From positions 96,092,722 through 96,155,131 of the forward strand of contig JARFYF010000001.1 of the NCBI GenBank assembly GCA_030265395.1: DNA of 62,410 nt, read 5' to 3'. The stretch comes from Rhina ancylostomus (Eukaryota). Under the pieces are notes generated by a model, which saw nothing but the letters and a program-made list of their open reading frames with translations, searched no databases and was not told where the DNA came from. This document shows, in pieces, positions 24,368-36,542 of the stretch. The translations under genes and the position numbers were made by a program. The stretch's first letter is position 1, and every line of letters starts with the position of its first letter.

Positions 24368-26428
24368 TGGTGTTGTGCAATGAACCAGATTTTATTAGAG
24401 AGCTTAAGGCAAAAGAACCCTCAGTGATCATAACATGATAAAATTCACCCTGCAGTTTGAGAGGGAGAAGCTAAAATCAGATGTATCAGTATGACAGATG
24501 AGTAAAGTTAATGACAGAGGCATGAGAGAGAAGCTGACCAAAGTTGATTGGAAGGGGACCCCAGCAGGGATGATGATGGAGCAGAAATGGCAGGAGTTTC
24601 TGGGAGTAATTCGGAAGACACGGGATCATTTCATCCTAAAGAAGATGAAGCATTCTGAAGGGAATGATGAGGCAACTGTGGCTGACAAGAGAAGTCAAAG
24701 ACAGCCTAAAAACAAGAGAGAGGGCATACAATATTGCAAAAATTAGTGGGAAGCTGGAGGATTGGGAAGCTTTTAAAAACCAACAGAAGGTAACTAAAGA
24801 AGCAGTAAGGGGAGAAAAGATGAAATATGCATGTAAGCTAGCCAATAATATAAAAGAAGATACCAATAGTTTTTTCAGGTATATAAGGAGTAAAAGAGAG
24901 GCAAGAATGGACATCAGACCGCTGGAAAATTATGCTGGAGAGGTAGTAATGGGGAACAAAGAAAGGGTAGACAAACTGAGTAAGTATTTTGCGCCAGTCT
25001 TCACTGCGAAAGACACCAGCAACATGTCAGAAATTCGAGAGAGTCAGGGGGCAGAAATGAGTGTAATTGCTATTACTAAGGAGAATGTGCTTGGGAAGCT
25101 GAAAGGTCTGAAGGTGGATAAGTCACCTGGACTGGATGGACTGCACCCTAGGGTTCTGAAAGAAGTATCGTAAGAGACTTAGTAATGATCTTTAAAGAAT
25201 CACTAGGTTCAAGAATGGTTCCGGGGGACTGGAAAATAGCAAATGTCACTCCACTCTTTCAGAAGGGAGGGAGGCAAAAGACAGGAAATTATAGGCCTGT
25301 TAGCTTGACTTCAGTGGTTTGATGTCCATTATTGATGCTTTAAACATCTATTAAAGATGTTTGAGTCCATTATTAAGGATGGAAGTACATGATAAAATAG
25401 GCTGAAGTCAGCATGGTTTCCTTAAGGGGAGATCTTGCCTGACAAATCTGTTGGAATTCTTTGAGGNNNNNNNNNNNNNNNNNNNNNNNNNNNNNNNNNN
25501 NNNNNNNNNNNNNNNNNNNNNNNNNNNNNNNNNNNNNNNNNNNNNNNNNNNNNNNNNNNNNNNNNNAGGGAGTCTGCAGAAGGACTTGGACAGGTTGGGA
25601 GAATGGGCAAAGAAGTGGCAGATGGAATACAGTGTAGGGAAGTCATGCACTTTGTTAGAAGCAATGAAGGCATTGACTATCTTCTAAACAGGGAGCAAAT
25701 TCAGAAATCGGAGGTGCAAGTGGACTTGGGAGTCCTAGTACAGGATTCTCTAATAGTTAACTTGCAGGTTGAGTCGGTAGTAAGGAAGGCAAATGCAACA
25801 TTAGCATTCATTTCGAGAGGACAAGAATGTAAAAAAAGATGTAATGCTGAGGCTTTATAAGGTGTTGGTCAGACCACCTTTGGAGTATTGTGAGCAGTTT
25901 TGGGCTCCATATCTAAGGAAGGATGTGCTGGCACTGGTGAGGGTCCAGAGGAGGTTTACAAGAATGATCCTGGAATGAAAGAGTTAACGTATGAGGCGTG
26001 TGTGATGGCTCTAGGCCTGTACTCACTGGGGTTCAGAAGGATGAGGGGGAATCTCACTGAAACCAACCAAATATTGAAAGGCCTGGATAGAGTGGATATG
26101 GAGAGGATGTTTCTAGTAATGGGAGAGTCTAGGACCAGAGGGAACAGGTTCAGAACAACCCTTTAGAGAATAGAGATGAGGAGGAATTTCTTTAGCCAGT
26201 GGGTGGTGAATCTATGGAATTCATTGCCATAGACAGCTGTGGAGGCCAAGTCATTGGGTACATTTAAAGTGGAGGTTGATAGATTCTTGACTAGTAAGGG
26301 CATCAAAGGTTATGGGGAGAAGGCAGGAGAATGAGATTGAGAAGGAAAATTGAATCAGCCATGATCAAATGGTGGAGCAGACTCAATGGGCCAAATGGCC
26401 TAATTCTACTCCTATGTCTCATGGTCTT
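24368..26428 (+). mobile_element. 5'-truncated CR1 LINE (HER1-like) with disrupted ORF2 and an internal N-gap
   Basis: End of APE domain SDHNMIKF; KVDKSPGLDGLHPRVLKE; DWKIANVTPLFQKG..GNYRPVSLTS; SQHGFLKGRSCLTNLLEFFE; LQKDLDRLGEWAKKWQME; LGLYSLGFRRMRGNL; 3' UTR ending GGCCTAATTCTACTCCTATGTCTCATGGTCTT. Stops and frameshifts are present. Confidence 0.97.
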
Positions 26429-27239
26429 AGAAAAATATGATAAAGTGAATAATCTTAATGCAACTGTTAAAGATGCCCAGGGCTTTGTGCTTATTTTGGG
26501 TTCCATGATGTTTAGCTTTTTTGTTAATCTGTATGGTGTCTCTTTCCACAATCCATGTAATTAAGTTGGAATATTATTTTCAGAGATTTACAGTTTAAGG
26601 GACACAGTCAAAACGTCTAACTTTCAAAGTCTGAAATTTTGCCTTGCACAATAATAAATGGAAAAGTATTTGTACATAAAGAATATATGTTTTCCACTAA
26701 ATTACAGCACAACTCTAAATGATATAAAGAGACCCTGAATGACGTTAGCAATTGTATCTCTTGAGTTTAACATACTGCATATGTTTTTTTGTTTAAAAAT
26801 TGACACACTCTGGGCCAAATGCCCTGGGATTGCAAAAGCTGACTGCTTGTCCTGGGACTAAAGAGGTGTCCTTGATAACCTCATTCTTATTTGAGTTTAA
26901 CAGGTAGATCCGTATGCCAGGATGATACTCACAGCTCTTTGGCCTTGGAAGTGTCATCAGAGGTCCCTTGACAATTCTAACATGTTTCTCATTGGTACTA
27001 TCATCTGAAAACACCTACCCAGTGTCCATATTCCAGCCAATGCTACCTTTCCCCATCCTGCTTGTTCAATAGCTAGTACTGGATGAGGATTTTCCTTCAA
27101 TCCAATTTTCGTCTTTGATTCAACTTTGATTCCAATTTTCTTTTCCATTTACCAATTTCATCTCTCTCTTTGTGTCAACTGTTTGAAATTGTGCCTGGCT
27201 GGTCCAATCTTAGTGTCATACATGAAGGTCAAATAGGTT

Positions 27240-27832
27240 TCAGGCAACACATCACTAAGGCTAATTCCATCCATGTAACATTGCCCCTGCCTCAGCTCCT
27301 AATATTCACATCCATGCCTTTATTCCTTACAGTCTTGCCTATTCCAAAAATGTTCCTGCTCAGTCTCCCTTTTTCTGTCTCCATAAGCATGAAGTCATCC
27401 TACCGTCTGCTGCCCTTGGTCTATCTCGTACCAATTCTGGAGCTGCATGGGTTCCAGGCAACATTCCCTCTCAGTTTTCATGTATTCATAGTCTCACAGC
27501 TCTATATCTCTGTAATCAGCCCTTGAGATAATGGAGTGCTCATACTTTCTCTTCTTGACCATTGCTGACATTAATTGTTCCTCTGGTAGCAGCCACACCT
27601 TTACCTGCCAAAACCCAAAGCTCTGGAATACCTTCACAAAACCTATCCACCTCACTTTCTTTCATTAAGGTTCTCTAAAGGTTACCTCTTGGACCAATTT
27701 TTTGGTCATCTGTCCTATTATCTTCTGGTATGGCTTGGTGTCTGTTATTGTTTGCTAATGTTGATGTGAAACACTTTGGGTCAGTTTGCTATGATAAAGA
27801 AGCTAGATTAATGGAAATTGTTATTGTTGTTC
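27240..27832 (+). mobile_element. L2 LINE 3' fragment
   Basis: IHAFIPYSLAYSK (cf. IHAFVTSRLDYSN); KLWNT; tail GTGAAACACTTTGGG...ATGATAAAGAAGCTAGATTAATGGAAATTGTTATTGTTGTT. Confidence 0.8.
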
Positions 27833-28989
27833 AGACCCCAGAATAAATCTAGAGAATTCCCAAATGTATTAAAGAGCCGCTAAGATATGAAAATTGTGAT
27901 CTTCTTTTGTTATAATCCACAAATTATCTCTTGCAAGACTTGCTATGCATTCCTAAAGTATGTGTGAAATTGAATATATTGTAAAGCTCTACAGCTTTGG
28001 GTAATGTGTACCTGTGAACCAATAATGACCTTATGAGTGCTCCATTCTTGTATCATGACTTAAGCCAAAACTGAAGCCTAACAAGTTCTGTCACTATTAT
28101 ATTTGGTTTCAGAGCTTATTCCCATCAATGAGGTAGGGAGAATTCTGGTTGTTGCATTTATTTAATTATTCTGCACTAATTCTCTTCATGTTTTGAATCT
28201 ACTGTTTATTAGGACCAGCCCTTACTTAGGTTGGGTTCCATATGAGCTTGTCCAATATTTACAGTACAACAATGCAGACAATGTCATCTCTGAGCACATC
28301 TTAGCATAGATTAAACTTGGGGAAGAAGATTTCCTTTTCACTGTTGGAAGATAGAGCTTTGGAATATGTAAGAATAGTGGATTAGTCATTTGACCTCCAC
28401 AGTGGAACAAACATTTCCTTGTAACAGTTTTACCTCCTTGAATAAGTGCTCATAAGTTCTCTGCCTTCTGGCAAGTGCTGACAAAAACTGCTGCTGACGG
28501 CTACTTGCTTTTGAGTTGATCCTTGGTCTCACAAGTGATGTCATCTCCTCCTGACCCTGTTTCAGATATAGTATTGGATGGCACTGGCTCATTGACAAGG
28601 TCACTATATACGGTTGCTTCCACTATTTCTAGTAAATCATTTGTTATTCCATGTCTATTCAAAGAAGAATGGAATGCATGGAATCAAAATTGCACAGGTC
28701 TCAGAAGATCTCATTCTGTTAATAGCCATGACTCGGAATTTCCTGTTGACCAAGCAGAGACCACGTTGTAGCTGTAAAATTCCTCTCCCATTTTCTCATC
28801 TGTTATGGCGATGCATTACTCATCACAAAGGTATCTTTATAATTTGTTTTGCTTGAATTCACACCAGAAATCCAAGATGAGTAATAGTGTTCATCCCCAT
28901 TGTAATGATAATGCCAGGTGAATTTTGATCTGAGCTACAGAGATCGTGTTAGACATCCAGAAAGGCAGTGCACTCACACTGGGTGAGCA

Positions 28990-29145
28990 AACACTGGGAC
29001 AAAGGAAGTTAGGTTGCACAAGAGGCTGAAGCTGGAAGAACACAGAGTTCTTGGATAGATGAGCTGGAGAAGGTGACAGAATTAGGAAGGAGCAAGGACA
29101 GAGAGGGCTTTGAATTTATACATGACCATTAAAAATTGAATTGTA
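28990..29145 (-). mobile_element. L2 LINE fragment
   Basis: GGAAGAACACAGAGTTCTTGGA...GCTGGAGAAGGTGACAGA...GAGGGCTTTGAA is the reverse complement of the L2 segment at 50580-50725. Confidence 0.55.
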
Positions 29146-29954
29146 CTCATTGAAACCATGTTGGTTTTCACTTAATGCAATGCAATGCAATGCTCTACGT
29201 GGGTGTCCCAAATATAGACCCCCTAACATGAACACAGTTTGTACCCAGCCAGTACTAATAAGGGCATTTGAAAATCTGAATTAACATCATCTTGATTCTC
29301 TCATTTTAAAAAAAGCATTAAAAACATGAATGTTTTTCAATTGTGTTGGTAAATCATTAGCCAACCTTAAAGTAAACAGGGCTGTTCAATAATAAAGCCC
29401 CCACTGACAGGTGATTGCTGTGTGTGAGTCATATCCAATTACTAATCCAACTTGGTTAATGAAATATCAAGATATTGCTAAATCTGCATTTTAAATGTTG
29501 AAGCGAAGGGAATTCGTGCAGTGCTTTATCAGATGTTGAATTGATAGTGGAAGTGTTGTCTGTGAAGTAAATCTCTTATAGGAGGCCAGTTAATGATTGT
29601 GGTATGTTAAAAGCAAGCATTCTCGAGTATTATAATGGTGAGCCGTGTGTTTCCAATTTCTATTGTGGAAAAGCTGAGAGAGAATGTAGAAAGGATTTGG
29701 AGGATTAGTGTTCCTGCCTTATTGCTGTTGCGTTAATAGGTTGACATTGTGGATCAAGAGTCAAAGTCATTAAAAAAAAGCCAATTGGAGATAGTGACTG
29801 TGATGGGTTAGAATTACCTTCAGGAAGTTTTTTATGCAAAAATTAAAGACTTTTTTAATGGAAGTTCTTCATGCTCAATGATTCAGTTACTGCCAGCCAG
29901 GTTTGTACTGGTTGCTCATTTGCAGCCTGTCCAAAAATACATCTTTATACAAAT

Positions 29955-29986
29955 CTGATGAAGGGTTTCGACCTGAAACGTTGACT
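29955..29986 (+). ncRNA. Minimal type I hammerhead ribozyme motif (core intact, 5' strand of helix I lost)
   Basis: CUGAUGA-A-GGGU(UUCG)ACCU-GAAA-C-GUU-GACU: core boxes, helix II, palindromic ACGU in place of helix III and an NUH triplet. Transcription and activity are not shown. Confidence 0.7.
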
Positions 29987-30039
29987 GTCCATAGATGCTG
30001 CCTGACCTGCTAAGTTCCTCCAGCTTTTTTGTGTGTCTC
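29955..30039 (+). mobile_element. Penelope pLTR-derived element with 15-bp imperfect TSD
   Basis: TCTTTATACAAATCT (29942-29956) versus TCTGTATACATATCT (30040-30054), 2 mismatches; body ATAGATGCTGCCTGACCTGCTAAGTTCCTCCAGC. Confidence 0.85.
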
Positions 30040-30517
30040 TCTGTATACATATCTAAATCTTTCACTATATAACGTTAAAATGTGAATTTGCTTAGGTTGT
30101 GCACGATCTGTTTTGTAATATTTCTGTGAAGCAACTTATTGAAGCTAATTTCATATTTCACTTGTGCGACATTGCAAAATAGAGATTTGGAGATGGGGAG
30201 TAAGATAGGGAGTGCTGGGACATTTCTGCAGGCATTAGGCCCTAGTAATTTCATTGCACTATTTTGGTTAGGCAGCTTCCCTTCAATTAATTACTTACCA
30301 GTTCTTCAGGCTGCTCTCCCCAACCCCACACCCACCCCACAACACAGCATCAAACCCCACCTACTAGCTAAGCTCATGAACCTTATCTGATACATCCCAT
30401 TCCACTTTCAGGGCCTCAGACCATGACAACTTGAACCAAAGGCCCACATCACCTAGAACCACTGTCAACAGGCTCTGAACTTGCCACTTGCCCGACTGAC
30501 TGCCAATCAGAGGTCAA

Positions 30518-30700
30518 CCCTGAGTCACCACTTACCACCTCTATCGATTTTCCACTCACAGGCACCGGACACACCCCTCCACTCCCTGAATGCTAATCAC
30601 AAATCCCCGAATGACCACTCACCTCCTCCTTCATTTTCCCACCCACAACCCCTGGACACAACACTGCTAATCACAAACCCCTGACTCGCCACTCAACTCA
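30518..30700. repeat. Degenerate C/A-rich tandem repeat, unit about 75-90 bp, 2-3 copies
   Basis: Recurring TTTTCC(C)AC(T/C)CACA..GGACAC..TGCTAATCACAAA..CCC(C/T)GA..CCACTCA. Confidence 0.7.
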
Positions 30701-31374
30701 TCACCAACACAGCACCCAGAGACATCAGACACACACATCCCAGGTCGCTTGTTCAGCACTCCCATCCCTGACCACTGACGGCCACTTCAGTTGTCCCTTG
30801 GGCTTTGGGAATGACTGAATCTGCAAGCGCCAGGCTGACATTGAAATACTTGTTGGTGGCAACAGATGAAGATGGCTCTGTGAGCACATTGAATTCCTAG
30901 GTCCAACCTTTGTGAATCAATCAGAGTCTTTAGGTAACTGGAATTGGCAGTAGCAAACATATGATTTAATAAAGCACTCTCAATGCAATGAGTAATCTTG
31001 TGGCAGCATCACAAAAATTCATAATGGCTGAAAGAAAATTGCCAGTTTTATATATTAAGACATCACCCTTTCAAATCTTATGGCTCTGACCTCTGTTCAA
31101 CGTTACGAACACTAAATTGTTGCGAATGAATGTTAATTAATGATTGGCAGTCGTTTTATTTTCAGAAATTTTACATCTTTTTTGTGGAAAAAATAAATAG
31201 CAATCTGCAACTGCTTTCCTTTTGCAAATTCTCTTTCAGATGAGAACTATCTCACTGCAGAAGGATCTGGCTGTGCTCTATGCATGTTTTCCACTAAGTA
31301 TTTTCTATTAAATCATAACGTGTGCAAAAAAAGGCCCTTATACAAATATATTTATATTCATATATTTTTTCTTT

Positions 31375-31910
31375 ACACAGCACGAGGCCATTCAGCATAT
31401 TGAGTCTATGCTGGCTCTCAGGGCAGTCCCATCAGTGCCATTCCCCTGGAATCTATTCTCTCTCAGATGCCCATTAGCTCTCCTCTGTTTCTCCTACTAT
31501 ACACCTATACCAAGGGCAACTTACAGTGGCCTATTAACGTGCCAAATGGGAAGAAGCCAGAGCACCCATGGGAAAACCATATGGTGTCATGGTTCTGAGT
31601 TCTGGTCCTCAATTTGGCTCCATTAATGCCTTGTTGTCCAGCACATGGATTCCATGCNNNNNNNNNNNNNNNNNNNNNNNNNNNNNNNNNNNNNNNNNNN
31701 NNNNNNNNNNNNNNNNNNNNNNNNNNNNNNNNNNNNNNNNNNNNNNNNNNNNNNNNNAGTATCCTGACTCCAGTCTTGTATCAGTGTGCCACATTTGGGT
31801 TCTCTGTGAGTTTGCTCAGATCAACATTGTGACATATGGCCAGTGGGAGAACTTGCAAACTCCAGACAGACAGCGCCAATCCTGGAGTATCACATGCTGT
31901 GCCACTGTGC
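31375..31910 (-). mobile_element. HE1-like V-SINE with CR1-type tail, interrupted by an LTR-like element
   Basis: ACAGCACGAGGCCATTCAGC tail; GAAGCCAGAGCACCCATGGGAAAACC before and GGGAGAACTTGCAAACTCCAGACAGACAGCGCC after the insert. Confidence 0.8.
31585..31834 (+). mobile_element. LTR-like element (solo LTR or collapsed LTR retrotransposon) with 5-bp TSD
   Basis: TGTCA...TGACA termini; TATGG at 31580-31584 and 31835-31839; central 100-N gap; near-identical inverted copy at 39889-40138. Strand is tentative. Confidence 0.85.
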
Positions 31911-32924
31911 TGATTTTACAACTGTAATATATTGACCATTTCAAGTTAGTAGATAAAGAGAGAAAGTACAATTTAGTGAAAAAGGAGTCCAAGCTCCTTT
32001 TGATAGCTATGAACTATCAAAGTGTTCATAGCTAAAGCAATAAAATCAAGTATTAAAAATCCATTAAACAGAAAACCAAAACCAAGAGAAACCTTGCAAA
32101 CTATTATGAAGCTATTGGAAAGCTATTGACAACAATACTGCAGTGTCTCACTACTACAGGATGCCTTACCTGATCTTTTAAGCCTTCCATCAAAATGCCC
32201 TTTCACATAGGGTGAATGAAAAATACAATCTCAGCAGGAGATTACTTCTCAGTTTGATTGTGCCTAATGCATTTAATTACTAGGTTTAGAAATGTTCTCT
32301 TCTTATTTGTATTCATTTAAATTATAGTGAAAAATTAAAATAAAATTATGTAGAAATTTGCAATCAAAAAATTTACATATCATGTAAAATATTGTACATA
32401 TTTATTTCAAATTTTACTTCATGTTTTGTATTACTCATTCAATGTCCAGCGAAATCATTAAAGTTGTTGTGTACCTGCATTAATCAATTCATGTGCCTTG
32501 TGCACTATCAAGAATCACTTATAGGTTGAATCTACATATCATCCCATTCAAGAGAAATTGTGTTTAAATTGTCACTTTGTTTTCAACTGCTTATCCTGGC
32601 TCAGTGAGCAAATAAAATGCATAGGCTCAACTCCAATACTCGATCAGTGCTAAATGTTTGAGCTCCATTGGTTGAGGTGGAGGAGAGTATCCCATATATG
32701 AAAGGCATCCACAGCACAGCTCAATGTATTTCCTTCAACATGCTCTGTGAAGAATGACAGACTAACTGATTTTCATCCTTCCTGACATGTGGGTCGTAAA
32801 CTAACACTCGTTGATATAAATTTATCAGTTCTCACAGAGATTGAGAGAAACAATAATAAGAAGGCAACTTCTGATGCCAGGTTTGCAGTGCAGGGTTGAA
32901 GATGCAGACGGAGTGCCACAACTT

Positions 32925-33328
32925 TTTTATTTATCATTTATTCGCTGGGTACTGTTGAGAGGATCAGTGTTTTTCATATCCATTTCAAATTGCCTTTGGG
33001 CTGTCTGGCTTACTTGACCATTTCAGGGAATAGTTAAGAGTCAACCATATTGTTTGGGTATGGAGTCATGCATAGGCCAGACTAGGTAAGGACAGCAGAT
33101 ATCCATTATTGAAACAGATGTTTTGTTTTTACATCCAATAGTTACATGATTATCATTACCACAATCAAATTTTGAAGCAACATAGTCCAGCATCTGCAGT
33201 CTCTTATATCTCCAACTAAATTTTGAAATCCAGTTTAAGTTCCCCAGCTTCCAGCGATTTGAATCTGCAGATCAATAGTCCTGATCTCTGGATTATTAAT
33301 CCAGAAACATAACTGCTAAATCACCATG
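32925..33328 (-). mobile_element. Old SINE-like repeat sharing its tail with the CR1-group LINE at 12880 and 56900; contains a 41-bp Penelope-derived insert
   Basis: TCAAATTGCCTTTG..GACCATTTCAGGGAATAGTTAAGAGTCAACCA..GGCCAGACTAGGTAAGGACAGCAGAT; insert AGTCCAGCATCTGCAGTCTCTTATATCTC between AAATTTTGAA copies at 33167-33176 and 33218-33227. Confidence 0.6.
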
Positions 33329-34681
33329 GTCCTTATCTAAGAAAAATTTCAATCCCCCCCCCTTACCCCCACCCACTTCAAGGTTGACAGCCCCACCATA
33401 AGAACCATGAAAGACTGTAAAAAAGCAAAAATTGCCTGTTGCTGTTAATTTTAGAGGAAATCTGGGACTAATTTACATTTTTATTTAATTAGTCAAGAAT
33501 CTATGCTCCACCCAAGGCAATGATTGAAAAATGTTTGACTAAGTGTCATCAAAATAACTTCCATATCCTTTGCCTGAAATGCCATCCTTTAGTCTTAAAA
33601 AATGAATAAAACTTGGCAGGGTACTTGAATAGAAGTCTATTTTACTTCATTTCTTTTCTGTAAGTAACCTTGCAAGAATTAACCTGAAATCTGAAAAATT
33701 AAAACAAACTGCAGAACAGAATTAGAAAAACAAAGTCACATTTGGAAATCTTTCTTTATGCCAGATTGCATGGAGCGGGAAGAAGTTGTTACATGCCTTC
33801 GTTACAAGGCAAAAATACCTCAGTAAATCCAAGTCCTCCCTCAGGAGCTGAAATCTGTTCCATTCTTGGCAATTTGTTGGTTCAGGATCTTTGTTATCGG
33901 CTCCAATTTGACCAATGTTAACATTGATCTGATACAGAGCCTGAATCCGAAGGATGGATCACATCATTAATGGTACCAAGCTTTGAATGCAAGTCTTATA
34001 CAGGAGTTGCGAGAGGTGGTTTGCTTGATGTACCAGCTTTAAAAAAGGGTGTGAGTTTTCTGTGAAGACTTGAAATTTTGCCTAATTTTTGATCAGTGTT
34101 TTACTTTCAACCATTGGCTGAAATCAGAAAGTTGATACAGAGTTCCAGATTTTGTCTTGGAGCCTTCTAATGGCTCCAAATAGACATCTTTGCTGACACT
34201 AATTTATTACTAGAGAACTTACTAGGAGTGTGAGCAACAATTTCCTTCCAAAGACTGATATTTTTTCACTATGCCGACCTATTTAAAATATAGCACAATA
34301 GATTCTATGAAGCATTTTCATCCTTTAGGATTGTGGGATTGTGAACATATTCATTTGTTGCTTCAATTCGTTTATACATAGTTTTCTTGCTTTGTTTCTT
34401 TCAATCATAATGGATGCCCCATGCACTGTTTCTAAGTCCACTGATGGAAAACAATAATTTAGGTTTTAATGTTTGGTACCATTTTAAAACTGTATTTTTC
34501 AAAGGGTTGAAGTCTATCCAGCAATAATTCTTTCAGTGAAGTTATTTCAGAGGAAATGCTAATTAGGCGTAGGAATGATGAATGCCCATTTGGATAAACG
34601 GACACAATCCTGACAATATAATTAAAATGTTCATTAAAAATTCTCCGGCTGCTGATTCTTATAGCTTCTTTGTTAGTTAGA

Positions 34682-34925
34682 GAAAAGGAAACAATTGTAG
34701 TTGATGACCTCAGAATGACTCACTGCCAGAGGTAAATATCTGAAGTGTAGACACTATGATAATATAGGCAAATGCAGTGGTCAAACTCCACGGACAACAG
34801 TGAGTAATCCATAAAGCATTTTAATGGTGTTAGGTGCAGGATTAAGGTCCAGGCTGCCTGCTCCTCTTCGATTAGTCCCATAGGATCTTGAGAGTGTTGA
34901 CAGGTCTTTGGTTTAAGATCTCAGG
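34682..34925 (-). mobile_element. DeuSINE remnant
   Basis: ATGACCTCAGAATG; TGAAGTGTAGACACT; CCTGCTCCTCTTCGATTAGTCCCATAGGATCTT; GGTTTAAGATCTCA. Confidence 0.6.
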
Positions 34926-36072
34926 TAGTCCATGTTATAACGTGCTATGCAGTATTCTAGAAATGGAAAATCAACTATAAAAAGCGATCTGTACTTTGGA
35001 GAGCATGCACACCAGGAAACTGTATCACCGTCCACGTTGACTGTATCAAGGTTCATGTCATTGCTGCATCACTGAAGTGCTGAAAGAACCATGTTGGCTT
35101 TCAATGAAAAAACAAGGCCTTAAAAGGGAATGGTGTGGTGGAACTGGATCATCAATTAAAGCAGCTTTTGTTGGTAAGTCCATTCATGAAAGATGACCAC
35201 AGAATCTTTTCCAATGGAGCAGATGTCTCCAGGTGTTGCATGTGAGGCCTTTGCATTCTTTGATGAGGTGGAAGTGGGAACTGTCACCATAATGATCCCT
35301 CTGACTTGATGTTCATTCAGCTGGCAGAGAAGAGGTAACCCCTATCAACCCTGACCTGCCACTCACAGCAAAAGGGAACCAGATTCAACCCTGTAAGTTG
35401 AAATGGCTGTTCTCGCTGAGAGCCATCACTTCAAGAGCTCCTGCATGGCAGAATAAGGGGCCTGTAAATTCATATTTTCCATGCATCTTCTAAAATTGCA
35501 CTTATCTGTTATCCGTGACAGTGCTGAAGGCCAGGGATTTGTGTTACACGTGTGTAACCCTTTGCAGAAGAAAGACACTCCCCTGCAGCTCTGGAAGGAA
35601 CTGAAGCTGGCTATTTAGGTGTATGCTAGAATCTTCAGCTATGCAATACCTAATCTGATTTGCAATAAAGTGTCAGCTTGAATTATGTTCTCAAGTCTCT
35701 GGACTGGTTTGTGGTTTGCCAGTTCTGGGTCACTGCAGACTGGGAGGTTTTATCATATCACTTGGCCCCACATTCCTGTCAAAGCTCACCAACACGTCTA
35801 TCCTTACACATGCATCTTTTGCAATCCAATTGGCTAGAATAAAGGTTATCCATCCAGCGGATCATGCTTGAGCATCAATCAAAGAGTAGGTGTATATATA
35901 ACTTTCTAGAACTTATAAATGTAAGTGTTCAAAGAAATTGGAAGAAAAACCTTTTTTTGGTGCTTAAGATTTTCTCAAGGCTGTGAAGATTCCTGGAATG
36001 TCAATGACTGGAATGTTCCTGGAAGTTTGCTACCCTAGACAGGGCTAAAATGCATGGCATAGCATTTGGATT

Positions 36073-36542
36073 CATAGAAACATAGAAAATAGGAGCAGAA
36101 CTAAGACGTTCGATCCTTTGGGGCTGTTCCACCATTCAAATCAATTGGATTTATCCACTTCAATACCCCGTTCCTGTCTTCTCTCCATGTCCCTTGATCC
36201 TTTTGGCATTGAGAAATATATCTTCCTCTTTTTTTGAATGTATTTACTAACTTGCCCCGTTCTACTTTCTTGGTAGAAGATTCCCCAAGATCACTATTCT
36301 CTGGCTGAAGAACCTCCTCCTGATTTCAGTTCTAAATGGTACACCCATGTCTTGAGACTGCGTCCTGGTTCTGGGCTCTCCAGCCATCAACAGCATCCTG
36401 CCTGTATCTGGTCTCTCTAGGCCTGTTAAAGTGCTACAGGTTTCTGTCAGATCCCTCTCTTCCTTCACCACTCCAGTGAATACAAGCTTAACTCTCCTAT
36501 CCATTCTCTCCTCATAAATCATTCCTGCCATCCTAGGAATCG
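36073..36542 (-). mobile_element. CR1 LINE 3' fragment
   Basis: CATAGAAACATAGAAAATAGGAGCAG tail; minus ORF MAGMIYEERMDR...FRTEIRRRFFSQRIVILGNLLP is the CR1 ORF2 C-terminus. Confidence 0.9.

Noticed and set aside
24664-25173. 169-aa ORF as a host gene
   Set aside because: It is a piece of disrupted CR1 ORF2.
33720-33935. Possible minus-strand exon (open frame INVNIGQIGADNKDPEPTNCQEW...)
   Set aside because: Weak splice signals and no recognisable protein similarity; it would need RNA-seq or TBLASTN support.
35030-35330. Possible Harbinger transposase relic (minus-strand ATPGDICSIG)
   Set aside because: The similarity is only a few residues, with no TIRs or catalytic motifs.
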